From: a virus
Lineage: Duplodnaviria > Caudoviricetes
Reading direction: 5' to 3' (one strand)
Length of the DNA: 30,541 bases
Virus record (IMG/VR): IMGVR_UViG_3300049982_000071
Location: 1 to 30,541 of that record
The position numbers and the translations under genes are program-made. The notes below the pieces were generated by a model. That model had not been told where the DNA came from and made no database searches. It saw only the letters and a program-made list of their open reading frames with translations. Numbering within the stretch: position 1 is the stretch's first letter; every line of letters starts with the position of its first letter. Positions 15,499 to 22,650 of the stretch are shown in pieces.

Positions 15499-15928
15499 GG
15501 CGTTCCAACGCTGGGCGATCCGGCATTTACCCGCGAGTCTCGTCGCGAGGCCGGGTGAGTGGCTCATCGCGGTTCTGTGCGGCACGTCCGGTCTCGCGGT
15601 CATCACCCGCACCAGCCATTCACTCGCGCTCGAGAACGTGCTCCGCGACTGGGGGTACTACCTATGGGCGGGGTGCCTGATGGCCGGCTGCCTGTTCATG
15701 GTGTGCGGGCTGACCTCGATCCGATGGCTGCAGGCGCCGATCCGGTACGAACTAACCAGACCGGCCTGTTACAAGTTCGGGTTGCGGCTGCTCGGTCTCG
15801 GCTCGTTCACCTACGGCCTGGCGCTGCTGATCAATTCCGGCTGGAACGCGCTCTTCCCGGCCTGTCTCGCGGTGATCTTCGCGGGGTTCTGCACGATCCG
15901 CCTGCTGACGGTGGCGGTGCGACTGTGA
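15473..15928 (+). CDS. Four-TM membrane protein, lysis cassette
   Basis: Four hydrophobic segments, RBS GGAAGG, GTGA overlap with the next gene. Confidence 0.7.
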   Translation: MPKLRRLTEAFQRWAIRHLPASLVARPGEWLIAVLCGTSGLAVITRTSHSLALENVLRDWGYYLWAGCLMAGCLFMVCGLTSIRWLQAPIRYELTRPACYKFGLRLLGLGSFTYGLALLINSGWNALFPACLAVIFAGFCTIRLLTVAVRL

Positions 15929-16314
15929 AGCAGTTGCTCATCAACGCTCTCGTCACCTTCCTGCTCGGCGGCACCCTGTGGGCGGCCATCAAGTACTTCG
16001 TCGACCGGCGCGACAAGAAGCCTCAACGGCAGGTCGCGGCACAGACTGTCGGAGCGCAGATCGAAGCGGCAGCGCTCGGCAACCTGGAACGCCGCCTGAA
16101 CGCGATGGAGCAGGCCCACGACCAGGAGATCCAGGCGCTCCAAGGCACGATCACGAACCTTCGCACCCGTGTCACCGAACTGGAGCGGCGCGCTACACAG
16201 GCGACGATCGCGGTCCGCTACATCCGCATCTTGCGGCAGTGGATCGACCAGCAGATCACCGACGCGACCGTGCACCCCCCGCCGGTCCCTGCAGGACTTG
16301 AGCTCGACGACTGA
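15925..16314 (+). CDS. Single-TM coiled-coil membrane protein, lysis cassette
   Basis: N-terminal TM, coiled coil, AVRYIRILRQWI...PPPVP C-terminus typical of actinophage lysis-associated membrane proteins. Confidence 0.8.
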   Translation: MKQLLINALVTFLLGGTLWAAIKYFVDRRDKKPQRQVAAQTVGAQIEAAALGNLERRLNAMEQAHDQEIQALQGTITNLRTRVTELERRATQATIAVRYIRILRQWIDQQITDATVHPPPVPAGLELDD

Positions 16315-16317
16315 AAC

Positions 16318-16339
16318 TGTCGGTGGTTGACGAGACAAT
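16318..16339 (+). promoter_or_regulatory. PafBC/RecA-NDp-like promoter for the HNH gene
   Basis: TGTCGG-N10-GACAAT (context CTGTCGGTG), one mismatch in the -10 element. Confidence 0.5.
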
Positions 16340-16348
16340 GAAGTAGGT

Positions 16349-16406
16349 GACCCCCGCGCGCTGCGAACGCCGGGGGTCTGACGAACACCTACCGAGAGGT
16401 GCGCGC
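16349..16406 (+). promoter_or_regulatory. Two-hairpin 5' leader masking the HNH RBS
   Basis: Stem GACCCCCG/CGGGGGTC, CTGAC, CACCT-ACCGAG-AGGTG. Confidence 0.65.
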
Positions 16407-16835
16407 ATGAGTGACCTTATAACCCGCTTCCTGGCCAAGACAGAGCCGGGGCCGGGTGACTGCTGGACGTGGATCGCACACAAGGATAAGGACGGCTACG
16501 CCAGGTTCCAGGTGAACCGGAAGGCGCGCCGTGCTTACCGCTGGTCCTACGAGTACCACATCGGCCCCATCCCGGACGGCTTGGTTCTCGACCACCTGTG
16601 CCGCAATCGCGCCTGCGTGAATCCCTGGCACCTGGAGCCAGTAACCAATCTCGTCAACATCCAGCGTGGAGAGCGCCCGAATCGCGAGGCCTGTATTCAT
16701 GGCCACCCGTTGGATGAGGCAAATACCTACTGGCCAAAGAATCGCGGAGGTCAGCGGGTCCGCGCCTGTCGGGAGTGCAACCGACTAGCGGTTCGGCGCT
16801 ATCGCGAGAAGCGATCACAGAGAGCGGTGAGTTGA
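16407..16835 (+). CDS. HNH endonuclease (free-standing, homing-type) with C-terminal Zn finger
   Basis: CWTW...GYARF...AYRWSY...LDHLCRNRACVNPWHLEPVTNLVN and CIHGH...RACRECN. Confidence 0.95.
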   Translation: MSDLITRFLAKTEPGPGDCWTWIAHKDKDGYARFQVNRKARRAYRWSYEYHIGPIPDGLVLDHLCRNRACVNPWHLEPVTNLVNIQRGERPNREACIHGHPLDEANTYWPKNRGGQRVRACRECNRLAVRRYREKRSQRAVS

Positions 16836-16837
16836 AG

Positions 16838-17635
16838 ATGGCGGGAACCCTCTGGATATCCGGCGCTGAACGGATTACACCGTCGTCGCCTGGTGGAACT
16901 CCGAGCTCTACCGAAGCCGCACGCCCACCGCGGGTTGTGTGGCACACCACTGAGGCACCGTCGGGTGACCCGAAGATGTTCCAGGCGATGATCAACGTCC
17001 TGAAGTCGAAGGGTGCGGAGCCGCAGGTTCTGTGGGATCCGCTGACGGACAGGCTCGGGCAGTTCATGCCACTGGACCACACCGGGCGGGCATTGAAGAA
17101 CGATGGCTCCTATCGTTCGAACCGGATCGGGAAGGTCTGCATCCAGATCGAGGTCATCGGCTACTCGAAGACCCCATTCACCGGCTACTGGAAACCTGGC
17201 CCGAACTTCCGTGCGCTCATGGCGGCCATTCGGTCCTGGGGGATCCCGGACGTGTTCCCGATGGGCAACCCGCCCAAGTATCCGGGTGGCAGTGTCCGTG
17301 ACCGCAACATCTGGCTCACCAAGGCTGGCCACTTCTGCCACGCCAACATCCCCGGCAACGACCACGGCGACCCGGGCGCGATCAGCGTCTCCGCGTTGTT
17401 CGCTGCCGCGCCCACCGCGCCGGCCAAACCGCCCGCGAAACCAGTCACCCCATCCACGGAGGACGAGATGTCTGCTAAGGACGTCGAAGACGGCATCGAC
17501 AACTACATGCAGCGGTACTGGAGCAAGGGCGGTACGGGCGGCATCAACCGCGCTGAGGACGAGGCGTGGCAGAAGGCCATGCTCGACGGCCTCAACCGTC
17601 TCGCTGCCGCTGTCGAAGCGCTGAAGGGCCAGTGA
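16838..17635 (+). CDS. Endolysin, N-acetylmuramoyl-L-alanine amidase
   Basis: VVWHTTE, IQIEVIG, GHFCHANIPGNDHGDPG Zn-amidase motifs, a Pro/Ala linker and a short helical C-terminus. Confidence 0.9.
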   Translation: MAGTLWISGAERITPSSPGGTPSSTEAARPPRVVWHTTEAPSGDPKMFQAMINVLKSKGAEPQVLWDPLTDRLGQFMPLDHTGRALKNDGSYRSNRIGKVCIQIEVIGYSKTPFTGYWKPGPNFRALMAAIRSWGIPDVFPMGNPPKYPGGSVRDRNIWLTKAGHFCHANIPGNDHGDPGAISVSALFAAAPTAPAKPPAKPVTPSTEDEMSAKDVEDGIDNYMQRYWSKGGTGGINRAEDEAWQKAMLDGLNRLAAAVEALKGQ

Positions 17636-17637
17636 CC

Positions 17638-17850
17638 ATGGCCACCGGTGACAATCTGAAGAACACCAAGGCGATCGCCGCTGCGGTCCTCGGCTTCATC
17701 GCACCGGGCGCTGCCTACCTGGCCGGCGTCTCGAGTGACGGGGTCTCGTCGCAGGAGTGGATCGCTGCCCTGCTGATCTGCATCGGCGGCGGCGCGGTCC
17801 TGGGCGGTGTCGTGCAGCGGGTCGAGAACAAGCCCAAGGACACCCCGTGA
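17638..17850 (+). CDS. Holin-like two-TM protein (alternative start GTG 17632)
   Basis: KAIAAAVLG...DGVSSQEWIAALL...VENKP, directly after the endolysin. Confidence 0.8.
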   Translation: MATGDNLKNTKAIAAAVLGFIAPGAAYLAGVSSDGVSSQEWIAALLICIGGGAVLGGVVQRVENKPKDTP

Positions 17851-17999
17851 CCGGCCTCCAGTTGCTGCTGCTGGTCCTGACTCTGGCAGCGGTCATCCTC
17901 GGCGTGGTAGCGACCATCACGAAGGAAGTGCGGTGGCTTGCTGCTGCTGTCACCTGCGTGGCGGGGTACCTGCTCGTGCTGGTACTCCACGGCCTGTAG
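17847..17999 (+). CDS. Small two-TM membrane protein (50 aa)
   Basis: GTGA overlap, RBS AAGGA, two hydrophobic helices. Confidence 0.7.
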   Translation: MTGLQLLLLVLTLAAVILGVVATITKEVRWLAAAVTCVAGYLLVLVLHGL

Positions 18000-18018
18000 A
18001 TCGGCGTACGCTAGCAGC

Positions 18019-18270
18019 ATGGACCAGCCAGTCTCCCACATCATCACGTGGGAGACCTGCGACGAGTACTTCTACGGCTGGGCTCCTCCGGGCGCGATCA
18101 GTGCCATGGACTTCACCATCGCCCGCATCTGTAACCGCCCCAAGGGTCACCCTCACGGGCACGACTACTGCCACGTCTACCCTGCCGGGTTCTTCCCGCT
18201 GCGGGAGAACAAGAGCGAGCGGCGGCGGCGGCTGATCAACGAGAAGAAGCAGGCTGCCTTCAGCAGGTAA
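18019..18270 (+). CDS. Hypothetical protein with C..CxRPxGHxxxH motif, possibly leaderless
   Basis: No SD. TACGCT (-10-like, 18007-18012) lies 6 nt upstream of the ATG. Confidence 0.55.
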   Translation: MDQPVSHIITWETCDEYFYGWAPPGAISAMDFTIARICNRPKGHPHGHDYCHVYPAGFFPLRENKSERRRRLINEKKQAAFSR

Positions 18271-18308
18271 GCCAAGTCAACGCCAAGCTATGCCAAGACT
18301 TGGCATAG
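18271..18308. repeat. GCCAAG direct repeats plus a perfect palindrome
   Basis: GCCAAG at 18271, 18282 and 18292. CTATGCCAAG-A-CTTGGCATAG at 18288-18308. Confidence 0.8.
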
Positions 18309-18357
18309 AGCGCACCCCACCTCATGCCCCCGTTGCGGGCTGAGGTGGGGCGCTTTC
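18309..18357 (+). terminator. Terminator of the late operon
   Basis: AGCG-CA-CCCCACCTCA-T-GCCC...GGGC-TGAGGTGGGG-CGCT-TT, located where + and - transcription converge. Confidence 0.7.
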
Positions 18358-18458
18358 CGCGTTCCCCGGCGCGAGTAGTGACCGACCGAGCGGTCACCAG
18401 TCCCCCACTGGGCTCCGGTGACTAGCCGAAGCATCAGGGAGAGCCAGGGACACGGAGC

Positions 18459-18770
18459 CTATGGGTTGCTCCCGTTGACTACCGGAGCGGTCGCCTGGAA
18501 TGCCTCGATAGCATCCTCGATCAACTGCGCAACTCGCTGCGCTTCCACGACCTGCTTGCGCGCCTCCGACCGAAGCCCCAGCAGTCGCTGGTAGTCCACA
18601 GTCTTGGGGCTGAACAGCATCTGGTTCAGGTAGAGGGCCATCAGTTCGGCCTGAGCGTATCGGGCGTCGTAGAAGGCTTTCTTCGCGATATCCACTGCCT
18701 CTTCGGCGGGGATCGCCTTCAGGCGCGGCTCTGGTGCAGCGCGTAGGATGTGGTGACGGTCATCGGTCAT
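18459..18770 (-). CDS. Hypothetical helical protein (103 aa)
   Basis: ATGA-coupled last gene of the leftward operon. Confidence 0.7.
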   Translation of the reverse strand: MTDDRHHILRAAPEPRLKAIPAEEAVDIAKKAFYDARYAQAELMALYLNQMLFSPKTVDYQRLLGLRSEARKQVVEAQRVAQLIEDAIEAFQATAPVVNGSNP

Positions 18771-18994
18771 CCCTTGCTCCGCTCTAGCATCGGCGCGTAC
18801 CGGACAACCCGGTCATGTATCGCCCACAACCTGTCCTTCTCGGCACTGGAACAACCGGAAGCGTTGAGGATGTCAGCCATCGCCTGCGCCGAGTCCTCGT
18901 CCACGTACCGGCTGGTCATGAGGTGGTAGAACGGCTGCCCGGTATCCAGGACAGCCCACCTGCCGTGCTCGTCCATACGAGGCTGGAACCTCAC
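18767..18994 (-). CDS. Hypothetical protein (75 aa)
   Basis: GTG at 18994 in a GTGA overlap, RBS GGAAGAGG. Confidence 0.65.
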   Translation of the reverse strand: MRFQPRMDEHGRWAVLDTGQPFYHLMTSRYVDEDSAQAMADILNASGCSSAEKDRLWAIHDRVVRYAPMLERSKG

Positions 18995-19209
18995 GGCAAC
19001 CTCTTCCCAGTCGGCCAAGCGCAGCTAGGCGAGACGCCGTAGTCGAGGAAGCCGCGAGACGACAGGCGCTCAACCTTTGCGTAGGCGAGCTTCCGAGGGA
19101 CGCCCTCCTCAATGAGAGCCTGCACGACTCCCGGGAACTGGAGGGGGTTATCCCGCCACGCCTGCGCAAGGTCGATCACATGTTGATCGGCGATGTCGGA
19201 GGACTTCAC
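18991..19209 (-). CDS. Hypothetical, winged-helix-like (72 aa)
   Basis: RBS GGAGG. GVPRKLAYAKVERLSSRGFLDYGVS...WPT. Confidence 0.7.
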   Translation of the reverse strand: MKSSDIADQHVIDLAQAWRDNPLQFPGVVQALIEEGVPRKLAYAKVERLSSRGFLDYGVSPSCAWPTGKRLP

Positions 19210-19451
19210 GATTCCTCCTTCGGGACCCGCACGAAGAACGACCCGGTATCCACCAACCGAGTAGCCGGCGCAACATCCACACCGATGCGCCGAAGCCACT
19301 CTTCGATGCCTGTCCACTGCTCGGTGGTGGCGGCGATGGTGAACTTGGTTCCTTCGGCGGCGAAGTCGTTGATGCCCGCTGACCTCAGGTACTGCTGCAG
19401 CTGGTGGGCTTGGAGCACGCTGCCGACGACAACCTCACGGCGCTCGGTCAT
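19206..19451 (-). CDS. Hypothetical protein (81 aa)
   Basis: Overlap-coupled on both sides, RBS GAGGTG. Confidence 0.7.
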   Translation of the reverse strand: MTERREVVVGSVLQAHQLQQYLRSAGINDFAAEGTKFTIAATTEQWTGIEEWLRRIGVDVAPATRLVDTGSFFVRVPKEES

Positions 19452-19723
19452 GATTCGCTCACCTCGGACAGTTCCTGGAACCGCTGGTGGAGACGCTTCA
19501 GTCGCGCAACCGCGTCATCAGACCAGCCGTACATGACCTGAAGCTGCGGGTAGGAGTCGCTATCCTCGTCCTCCCAGCCGCACACGATGCCGTAGATCCA
19601 CGCGAAGTCAGCGGCCTCCGACCAGTCCTGCGACGAGAAGGCGAGCGCGGACTCAAGCGACTTGAGCGGGTTCTCTTCGGCGTTCCGCATCGGGATCTGA
19701 TTTGCGATGATGTTGTGCGTCAT
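19448..19723 (-). CDS. Hypothetical protein (91 aa)
   Basis: RBS AAGGAG. DWSEAADFAWIYGIVCGW...YGWSDDAVARLKRLH. Confidence 0.75.
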   Translation of the reverse strand: MTHNIIANQIPMRNAEENPLKSLESALAFSSQDWSEAADFAWIYGIVCGWEDEDSDSYPQLQVMYGWSDDAVARLKRLHQRFQELSEVSES

Positions 19724-19899
19724 CCCGGCTGCTCCTTCGTCAGGTCGTTCCACCGTTGCACAACCTCAGGGAAGTACTGCTCCATCGCAGCCTCGGACTC
19801 GGTCCACTCCTCGCCATCGGACCAACCAACCCATTCGTTGTTGATCAGACGCCAATGGCTGCCGTCGTCGGCTGTCACACTCGGATGCTGTTCGGTCAT
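19720..19899 (-). CDS. Hypothetical protein (59 aa, MTEQHPSVTADDGSHW...), not in the ORF track
   Basis: Translated by hand. RBS GAGGAG, ATGA overlaps at both ends. Confidence 0.7.
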   Translation of the reverse strand: MTEQHPSVTADDGSHWRLINNEWVGWSDGEEWTESEAAMEQYFPEVVQRWNDLTKEQPG

Positions 19900-20066
19900 G
19901 TCTGCTCCTCGGGTCCGGGAACCTCAACGATGGAGTAGCCGTGTCCGTCACTCGGTCCGTCGCGGAACGCTTCCGCAGCCTCGCGGGTACCGAAGACCTT
20001 GATGACGGTTCCGGGCGGGTCCAGCCAGTCCGCATCGAACACGACATACCGAGTTGCATCGCTCAT
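19896..20066 (-). CDS. Hypothetical protein (56 aa, MSDATRYVVFDADW...VIKVFGTREAAEAF), not in the ORF track
   Basis: Translated by hand. ATGA overlaps at both ends. Confidence 0.7.
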   Translation of the reverse strand: MSDATRYVVFDADWLDPPGTVIKVFGTREAAEAFRDGPSDGHGYSIVEVPGPEEQT

Positions 20067-20503
20067 CCCTCTACCCCCTGTCGCTCAACCAGCCACTCAG
20101 GGAAATCCGGGCGGTCACGGTACCGATCAGCCATGTCATGCACGATCAACCCAGCATCGACAGCGCGGACCAACCCGTTGAGCGGCCCGCCTTCCTCGTG
20201 CTCTGATGAGATCTGCATGCAACGCCGCAGGATCTTCCGGTCGGCCGCGATCCGGGCCAGCACCGAAGCGGGCTCATGCAGGGCGAAGTGCGCGCGAGCT
20301 TCGGGATCCGACAGTGTTCGCGGGTAGCCGTCCTCGGATGCGACGGTGTGCCGCGAGTGACCGAACGTCTCCGGGTGGCGTTCGCCGCCCATGACCACGA
20401 CCTCGCCGAGCGGCTTGACCGCCTTCGCTATCCGCTCTTCCTCATCCCAGATTGCAGTCAGCCACGCTGCCAGATCCTCTACCACTGTCTTGCTATCGGT
20501 CAC
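20063..20503 (-). CDS. DUF6221-like protein
   Basis: LAAWLTAIWDEEE...HFALHEPASVLARIAADRKI...MADRYRDRPDFPEW pattern. Confidence 0.75.
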   Translation of the reverse strand: MTDSKTVVEDLAAWLTAIWDEEERIAKAVKPLGEVVVMGGERHPETFGHSRHTVASEDGYPRTLSDPEARAHFALHEPASVLARIAADRKILRRCMQISSEHEEGGPLNGLVRAVDAGLIVHDMADRYRDRPDFPEWLVERQGVEG

Positions 20504-20724
20504 GGCTGGGCCTGCCGATCAGCAAGGTAGAGCTCGTGGGTCCGCCGCAGGTTCCGGTTAGCGAGGATGCGCACGAATGCGGCGCGCTTCACGTCCGGGG
20601 TTGCGAGCATCAGTCCGTCACGATTCAGGCCGCCGATGACCGGGTACGCCATGACCATTCGCAGCTGGTAGGTGCTGTCGAAGTCGTCAGGGTTCAGCTC
20701 GTCCGTCTGCTTGCTATCGTTCAT
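20500..20724 (-). CDS. Hypothetical protein (74 aa)
   Basis: ATG at 20724 overlaps the upstream TGA; GTGA overlap downstream. Confidence 0.65.
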   Translation of the reverse strand: MNDSKQTDELNPDDFDSTYQLRMVMAYPVIGGLNRDGLMLATPDVKRAAFVRILANRNLRRTHELYLADRQAQP

Positions 20725-21305
20725 TCCGGGTCGACCCCTCGCGCCGCCAGTTGCGCCAGCGCCGCAGCCTCCAGGGACTCCAGGCGCGTGCGGTTCTTCT
20801 CCCGCGTCGGGTACTCCTCGATCTGCTCCAGACCGCTGCGCGCTTCCGCGAGGATGCCTTGCAACTCCTGGTCCGTGAACAGCGGGTTGAACTCCGGGGT
20901 GTCGTCGCCGTACACCCATTCGGTCTCGAACCGGTAGGCGACGTTCAGGATGCTCATGTCGGCCTTGCGGTCGTAGTACGCGGCCTTGTAGAAGATGCCC
21001 ACGCGGTCGATGCCGCGCTCGTCCACGATCACCGAGTGCATGCTGTGGTCTGTGCCCTTACGGCTCCAGCCTGCTGGCAGGGTCGCCTCACGGAACAGCG
21101 GGTCACCCGAGACGGGCTCGCCGAAGGTGAACCCCAGCGCCTCGAACTCGGCATCACGTCCGCGTGTGTCGGTCGGGAGCGTGGTGGAGGCCAGTACCTG
21201 AGCCTGTCCCTGCCGCTCCTGCCCTTCGATGTCCAGCGAAGCCAGCAGCCTGATCTCTGCGGGGTCGGCAGCGGTGTTGTGCGGGCTTGCAATACGATCG
21301 TTCAT
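20721..21305 (-). CDS. Conserved phage hypothetical protein (194 aa)
   Basis: RBS GGAG. IEGQERQGQ...FEALGFTFG...LPAGW...DHSMHS...RVGIFYKAAYYDRKA, a motif set I recognise from phage hypotheticals. Confidence 0.8.
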   Translation of the reverse strand: MNDRIASPHNTAADPAEIRLLASLDIEGQERQGQAQVLASTTLPTDTRGRDAEFEALGFTFGEPVSGDPLFREATLPAGWSRKGTDHSMHSVIVDERGIDRVGIFYKAAYYDRKADMSILNVAYRFETEWVYGDDTPEFNPLFTDQELQGILAEARSGLEQIEEYPTREKNRTRLESLEAAALAQLAARGVDPE

Positions 21306-21331
21306 GTCGGACTCCAATCCAGTCTGACTCT

Positions 21332-21373
21332 TGTGCCTCAGCCCCCGACAGGGCTGGGGCACACTTTTTGTTT
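21332..21373 (+). terminator. Intrinsic terminator antisense to the leftward operon
   Basis: TGTGCCTCAGCCC-CCGACA-GGGCTGGGGCACA followed by CTTTTTGTTT. Confidence 0.7.
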
Positions 21374-21421
21374 GTGGGGGTGACTCCGAGCGGAGACCCG
21401 CAGCCACCTACCGACAGCGTA

Positions 21422-21443
21422 ATGCTAGCGGGCGATCTCCACA
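21422..21443 (-). promoter_or_regulatory. Candidate promoter for the 21305-18459 operon
   Basis: Minus strand TGTGGA-N10-TAGCAT: good -10, weak match to the PafBC-type upstream element. Confidence 0.35.
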
Positions 21444-21450
21444 GACCGGG

Positions 21451-21768
21451 TCACGACAGGACCCACTGAACAGCGGTGTAGGACTCCAGCACAATCTTGG
21501 CGGCACGGCGATACCGGAGCAGGGTGTCCAGGTTGCCGTCTTCCCACTCACCGACCTCGTTGTCTGCGAACAGCGCATGCGCTGCCGCCTCGATCTCCAG
21601 CGCGGACGGTGTGCGCCACTCTTGGTCCGCCGCCTTGTATCCGGTCTCCCAGCCTTCCTCGAAGGCTCCCTGCGTGGTCGAGAACTCCAGCACCTGGTCC
21701 TCAGCTTCGAGTTCGGCAACGAGTGCCTGGTAGGCCTGGTTCGCTCTAGCGTTCAGCGTGCTCATCAC
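21451..21768 (-). CDS. Hypothetical protein (105 aa)
   Basis: GTGA overlap with the Ltp gene stop. IEAAAHALF...YRRAAKIVL. Confidence 0.7.
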   Translation of the reverse strand: MMSTLNARANQAYQALVAELEAEDQVLEFSTTQGAFEEGWETGYKAADQEWRTPSALEIEAAAHALFADNEVGEWEDGNLDTLLRYRRAAKIVLESYTAVQWVLS

Positions 21769-22436
21769 AGTCCCGCCTTCGTCACGCCGTACACAGCCTG
21801 CTTGTGGGTGAAGCCCTCACCAGCGTCCGACTCGAGCTGGCGGATCAGACCCGACCGGGAGAAGTGCGACATCTTCAAGTAGGACTCCGCCGACTTCGCT
21901 GCCTGCTCGTTCCAGTTCACCTTCACGTGGTCCACGGCGAACGTCGCATCCGCCACCGAGAACCCCTCGCCCGCATCCGACGACAGCTGCCGGATCAGAC
22001 CCTTGCGGCTGAATGCCGTGAACGACAGGTACGACTCGGCTGAGCCGATCGCCTGCACCTGGGACGCTGTCATCGGCGGCGCCGGCTTGTGCGTCACCTT
22101 CGGGGAAGGCTGCGTGGTGGGTTTGGCGGCAGACGGCTTGGTCGTCGGCGTGGGACCGTTGTCGACCGGCGTACCCGCCTGGGACGTCACGGTCACCGGC
22201 GCCTTCGCGTCCTGGCTTGACAGTGCGCCCCCCACGAGTGCCGTGCAGCCGGCCATCACGGCGATGATGCCGACGAACACGCCGAGGATGATGTTGCGGA
22301 CGGTGTGCTTCTTCGGCGGCTTGGGTGCCTGGTGCTGACCGCCCTGCCACAACGGGCTGTTGCCGACCACGCTGTCTGGCGGTACCGGGTCGCCGGGTCG
22401 GTAGGTGTTGCGGTCTGGCTGGCCGTAGTCACTCAT
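21765..22436 (-). CDS. Ltp-family membrane-anchored superinfection exclusion protein
   Basis: RBS GGGGAG, ATG 22436. TM segment, P/T linker, two repeats AESYL...FSRxGLIRQLxSDAGEGF...A..AV. Confidence 0.85.
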   Translation of the reverse strand: MSDYGQPDRNTYRPGDPVPPDSVVGNSPLWQGGQHQAPKPPKKHTVRNIILGVFVGIIAVMAGCTALVGGALSSQDAKAPVTVTSQAGTPVDNGPTPTTKPSAAKPTTQPSPKVTHKPAPPMTASQVQAIGSAESYLSFTAFSRKGLIRQLSSDAGEGFSVADATFAVDHVKVNWNEQAAKSAESYLKMSHFSRSGLIRQLESDAGEGFTHKQAVYGVTKAGL

Positions 22437-22439
22437 GAT

Positions 22440-22650
22440 TGGGTCTCCCCCTGTCTGGTGGGAGGTCCTGCCGCTCTCCTGCCGCTCCGACATGAGAAGG
22501 ATTCCTCCCGAACTTGTGGTCTGAGCGTGAAACCTGGGCTCATTCGGGTCCTCGCCTAGAGGGTGGATCTTCTCCGGCATGGAAGTCTGAGTCGCAGGTC
22601 AGAGGCTCTTACGGGTTCAACATAGCATCAAACGGGTTCATTTGGGAACA
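22440..22650. other. Probable attP region
   Basis: Non-coding gap downstream of the integrase. GGGTTCA-type boxes at 22536, 22546, 22613, 22634 and 22644. CGCAGGTCAGAGG motif. Crossover core not identifiable. Confidence 0.5.

Noticed and set aside
16347-16835. IscB/HEARO-type RNA-guided nuclease or group I intron
   Set aside because: The protein is a 142-aa simple HNH with no RuvC motifs, the leader is only about 60 nt, and the flanking genes are intact rather than interrupted.
17632-17640. Lambda S-type dual-start holin/antiholin (GTG-ACC-ATG)
   Set aside because: The extra residue is Thr rather than Lys/Arg, so there is no charge difference. Probably just a stop/start overlap.
22437-22580. 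48-aa N-terminal extension of the Ltp protein (start 22580)
   Set aside because: A strong RBS precedes ATG 22436, and the extension crosses the repeat-bearing attP-like region.
22440-22640. tRNA gene or tRNA-derived att core
   Set aside because: No T-loop GTTCRANYC or cloverleaf was recognisable. The core needs comparison with a host genome.
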